A stretch of 64,000 bases of DNA from the NCBI GenBank assembly GCA_032718475.1, contig JAUCBJ010008528.1:71322-135321 (forward strand), written 5' to 3'. This document shows positions 61,018 to 64,000 of the stretch, in pieces. How positions within the stretch are numbered: the first letter of the stretch is position 1; each line of letters begins with the position of its first letter. The notes under the pieces were generated by a model. That model worked only from the letters and a program-made list of their open reading frames with translations. It did no database searches and was not told the DNA's origin. This DNA is from Nemertoderma westbladi (Eukaryota > Animalia > Xenacoelomorpha). Made by a program: the position numbers and the translations under genes.

Positions 61018-64000
61018 TTATCGACCCGCTCCTGGGTTCTTTGGGCTCGCTCCTCTCTTTCGCCCCCTGCCCAGATACACCAGTCGTCCTCCAGTCGACT
61101 CCGTTGACGGCGTCCGTGAGGCGTCACTCCCCGGAACCGGCGACGATGTTCCCTGAGCCCCGACAGATTCCCGGCTCGTGCTTCTTCCTCGGCCTCGTCC
61201 CAATTGTCGTGCTCCTGTGGTCGCTTCCGCCAACTCTTCCTTATGCAGTTGCACTCGCGCCTTCTCCGACGCTCCCTGCGCCTTGCGCTGCAACCTCTGT
61301 GCTTCTATAATAGAGTGATAGTGGTCGTCCTTGACTTGACGCTTGTCTTGGACCCCTCCTCCTGGTTCCTTCCGCGAGCCTTGAGCTCCAGCGGTCGTCG
61401 CTGTGGTCGCTGCGATCCTCTGTTCCCGTATCCTCTCAGCGGTCAATGAACCCACTGGCACATGAGTCAACAAGAATTCGTTGCGGTATTGTATAGCCGC
61501 CATCCTCCAATCACCTCGCGCGCGTACCACTTTTCTAGTCTCCGTAAATACACCCTTCGTGATGCGATCGCAAATAGCAACGAAGTTCCAGGTGTACTTA
61601 TTGTCCATATTCAACTGTCTGAAGTATTCTCGGACTACGATAACTCCAGTGTTCTGTGGAAGGTCTTGAGCAGTTAGGATGAGTTCCTGATATTGTGGTA
61701 GCGATTGTAGATATGGCTCGTACGCAACATGTGATGGGTCTACCGCCCAAAATCCATATCCCGCCTTAAATGGTAACCAACGCATCTGCGCTTGAATATG
61801 GTAATCAGCCACACTCTCCCACTTATCTAACATCTCCCGAAGTAGGTTAGCGCTATGGTTTTGAAAGGAATCATCTCGCAGCTGACATCTCGCGCTACGA
61901 TGTCCCTTTACCCCACAATATCCACATTGAGAAATGAAGACGGTGCACGTGTGAAACGAATGGTCGGTCTCATTACACCAACGACAGACCTTATGCGCCG
62001 CCTCTACTACCGCGTCGCACGACTTTAGATTGTGCCTTGTGCTGCCGCACAATTTGCACCTACGCGCTTGTGGAAACCAGGCCCTCTCGTATATGAGGTC
62101 TCCAATCGGTTTCGCACTTCCTTCCTTCCCAATGTCTAATACGATGTCGTCCTCTCCGGTCAACGGTTGTCGATCCGGAACAAAGTAAACATCCTCGCCC
62201 TTGTCCTCTATCTCCAATATTTCCTCCCGCGTTCGTTTCGGATATGTCTTCTCCACCGGAAGATCTACTCCGAACACCTCTACTAACGTCTCCGGCCAGC
62301 CCTCCTTAACAGGTCTATCAGCCTCCGAGTGGAAGGGAGTACCAAACCCGCGGGTTTGATTCCCGAACCACTTCTCCAAAGCTTCTGGCGTCGGATACTC
62401 CATCGACGGTCGGTCTCCCAAATCTCCGATGTTCTGTCGATATACTCCTTGGAATATCGCTAATCCTCTCCTTACCATCGACGTATTCTCTAACGACTGG
62501 TTGAAGAACGGGGTTAAGAAACGCTTCATCACGTCGGATTGGATTCCCCCTTTCGAGCGAACGTATTGATCTCCTCCGAATACCAATGGATGACGCTTCA
62601 AAACTCGCGCAACGATATCCGCTAATAAACAAGTCACCGTGTTCGACTCAAGCACCAAGTAATATTGTAGCGACGCACGGGGTGGCGCGCAAATGTTCCA
62701 ATACACTAACGCTTGCCGCTTGAAGTGGGATTTGAACTCCGCTCCCGGTGGCGTGTTGTATTCGCCATACGCCTCCTCGTACTTCTTCTGCGTCTTTAAC
62801 TTAAAGTCCCAATTATACAACAAGTGTGCTATAAAGCCCATACCAGTCTTGGCAGAGTTGGGATACTCCCTATAAATTCCAATGTCCTGTGCCCATAGCA
62901 ACAATAGCTTGGTGTCGACAAACGGTCTCGGCAATCTATCTTCCAGATCAGTCATGGCGTTGAAGTCGCTCTCCAAATCGCTCTGGACTCCCGATCCCAC
63001 CTTGACGTAATCTTGGTTGAGAATAGCCTCTCTAACTTTCTTGGGTAGCATCCTGGCGTCGATACGCTCCGCTCCGTGCATACCTCCTCGCCTGCATACC
63101 TCCAAAATCTGCTCCCTAGGATCCTTCCCTTTCCGATATTGTGTCGTTATGATGGGCTCCGGTCTCTCTCGATCCGCCCTCACACGCATAAACACATGAG
63201 TCACACCATCGGCTGCACGAATTTGAATACACTTGCTGGTCAAACATTCCTGATGGGACCCTCCTTCATTGTCGTAGAACATCACCCTCCAATCCTGCAG
63301 TGATTCCTCCGTTTTCCTCCACTGACGCTGAATCTCGTCTGATGGGGTCCACATGCGCTCGATAGCCTTGTGGTCATCATATCGGGTATAAGAACCCTTC
63401 CTCCTCAGCCACGTCTGGTCTACCTCCTCGTCGTCTGGGAATGTAGCCACCGCGACCCATACCTTGATGTACTTATCCAACCATCCAAATAGTTTGCTCT
63501 CCTTCCCCGGAGCTCCAATCTTATCCAATGTGTCGTAATCTGTGATCTGCATTGGGACATCACGCAAGAACTTCGCGCATAAAACTTCCCGTAGACAGTC
63601 AACGTTCCAATGATCCGCCATTCTTACCATCGGCAAGAATCGTATCGCTTCTCGCGACTCTGGATGATCTACTAATATCGCAGGTTCGGTGCCGTCGGAA
63701 TAATACACCGGTCGGGGTTGAGATACGACCTGTGGAACAAATCCGGTCACTCTCCTCGTCTCCTCTTGATGTCTATCCGCGGTCTTATTATACTCCGCTA
63801 TCCTGTTCTCAAATAACTCTTTCGCCTTCGCCGCTCGCTCCTCCTGCCGCAACGCGTCTATGTCGTCCTGATGCTCAGGCGTGAGGCTTCTCGCTCGGTG
63901 AGGTGAAGTAAACGCAGTCCAGGGACTCGAGAGCTCCAAACCCGCGGGTTTGGTACCCGAGTCCCGTGCCGCTTCGCGCCGCGCCTCTAGATCCTTATAG
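61018..64000 (-). CDS. Second copy of ORF3 (exonuclease/CCHC), cut by the window edge
   Basis: Offset 18433 bp from 42585. Frame intact, with only about a dozen substitutions seen. Confidence 0.85.
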   Translation of the reverse strand, partial: YKDLEARREAARDSGTKPAGLELSSPWTAFTSPHRARSLTPEHQDDIDALRQEERAAKAKELFENRIAEYNKTADRHQEETRRVTGFVPQVVSQPRPVYYSDGTEPAILVDHPESREAIRFLPMVRMADHWNVDCLREVLCAKFLRDVPMQITDYDTLDKIGAPGKESKLFGWLDKYIKVWVAVATFPDDEEVDQTWLRRKGSYTRYDDHKAIERMWTPSDEIQRQWRKTEESLQDWRVMFYDNEGGSHQECLTSKCIQIRAADGVTHVFMRVRADRERPEPIITTQYRKGKDPREQILEVCRRGGMHGAERIDARMLPKKVREAILNQDYVKVGSGVQSDLESDFNAMTDLEDRLPRPFVDTKLLLLWAQDIGIYREYPNSAKTGMGFIAHLLYNWDFKLKTQKKYEEAYGEYNTPPGAEFKSHFKRQALVYWNICAPPRASLQYYLVLESNTVTCLLADIVARVLKRHPLVFGGDQYVRSKGGIQSDVMKRFLTPFFNQSLENTSMVRRGLAIFQGVYRQNIGDLGDRPSMEYPTPEALEKWFGNQTRGFGTPFHSEADRPVKEGWPETLVEVFGVDLPVEKTYPKRTREEILEIEDKGEDVYFVPDRQPLTGEDDIVLDIGKEGSAKPIGDLIYERAWFPQARRCKLCGSTRHNLKSCDAVVEAAHKVCRWCNETDHSFHTCTVFISQCGYCGVKGHRSARCQLRDDSFQNHSANLLREMLDKWESVADYHIQAQMRWLPFKAGYGFWAVDPSHVAYEPYLQSLPQYQELILTAQDLPQNTGVIVVREYFRQLNMDNKYTWNFVAICDRITKGVFTETRKVVRARGDWRMAAIQYRNEFLLTHVPVGSLTAERIREQRIAATTATTAGAQGSRKEPGGGVQDKRQVKDDHYHSIIEAQRLQRKAQGASEKARVQLHKEELAEATTGARQLGRGRGRSTSRESVGAQGTSSPVPGSDASRTPSTESTGGRLVYLGRGRKRGASPKNPGAGR

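Overview
AT-rich eukaryotic (animal-type) genomic DNA. The window lies inside a + strand class IIa histone deacetylase gene (HDAC4/5/7/9-like). Five phase-compatible exons are visible (17666-17799, 23534-23846, 34628-34772, 35509-35722, 38139-38346); the rest of the gene is outside the window. The introns contain: a >=17.6-kb 32-bp satellite that ends in register on a splice acceptor; an intronless, same-strand nested ZCWPW1-like gene (26850-28913); MITE, piggyBac-type, Helentron-like (HINE), SINE and LINE fragments, one HINE-like element carrying tandem CTCF-like motifs; and, from 39682 to the end, an antisense BEL/Pao LTR retrotransposon followed head-to-tail by part of a second copy. The BEL/Pao element is the best candidate for an undescribed system. 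It carries an extra 1133-aa ORF (DnaQ-like 3'-5' exonuclease, three CCHC knuckles, RG tail). It has no tRNA-type PBS, but the 12 nt at the PBS position are exactly complementary to an LTR-internal site near a plausible transcription start (Tf1-like self-priming geometry). A 16-18 bp palindrome recurs across it in all three reading frames. Copy 1 is damaged (RTE LINE insertion, gag/pro frame break, premature stop). All family assignments come from motifs recognised by eye; no searches were run.
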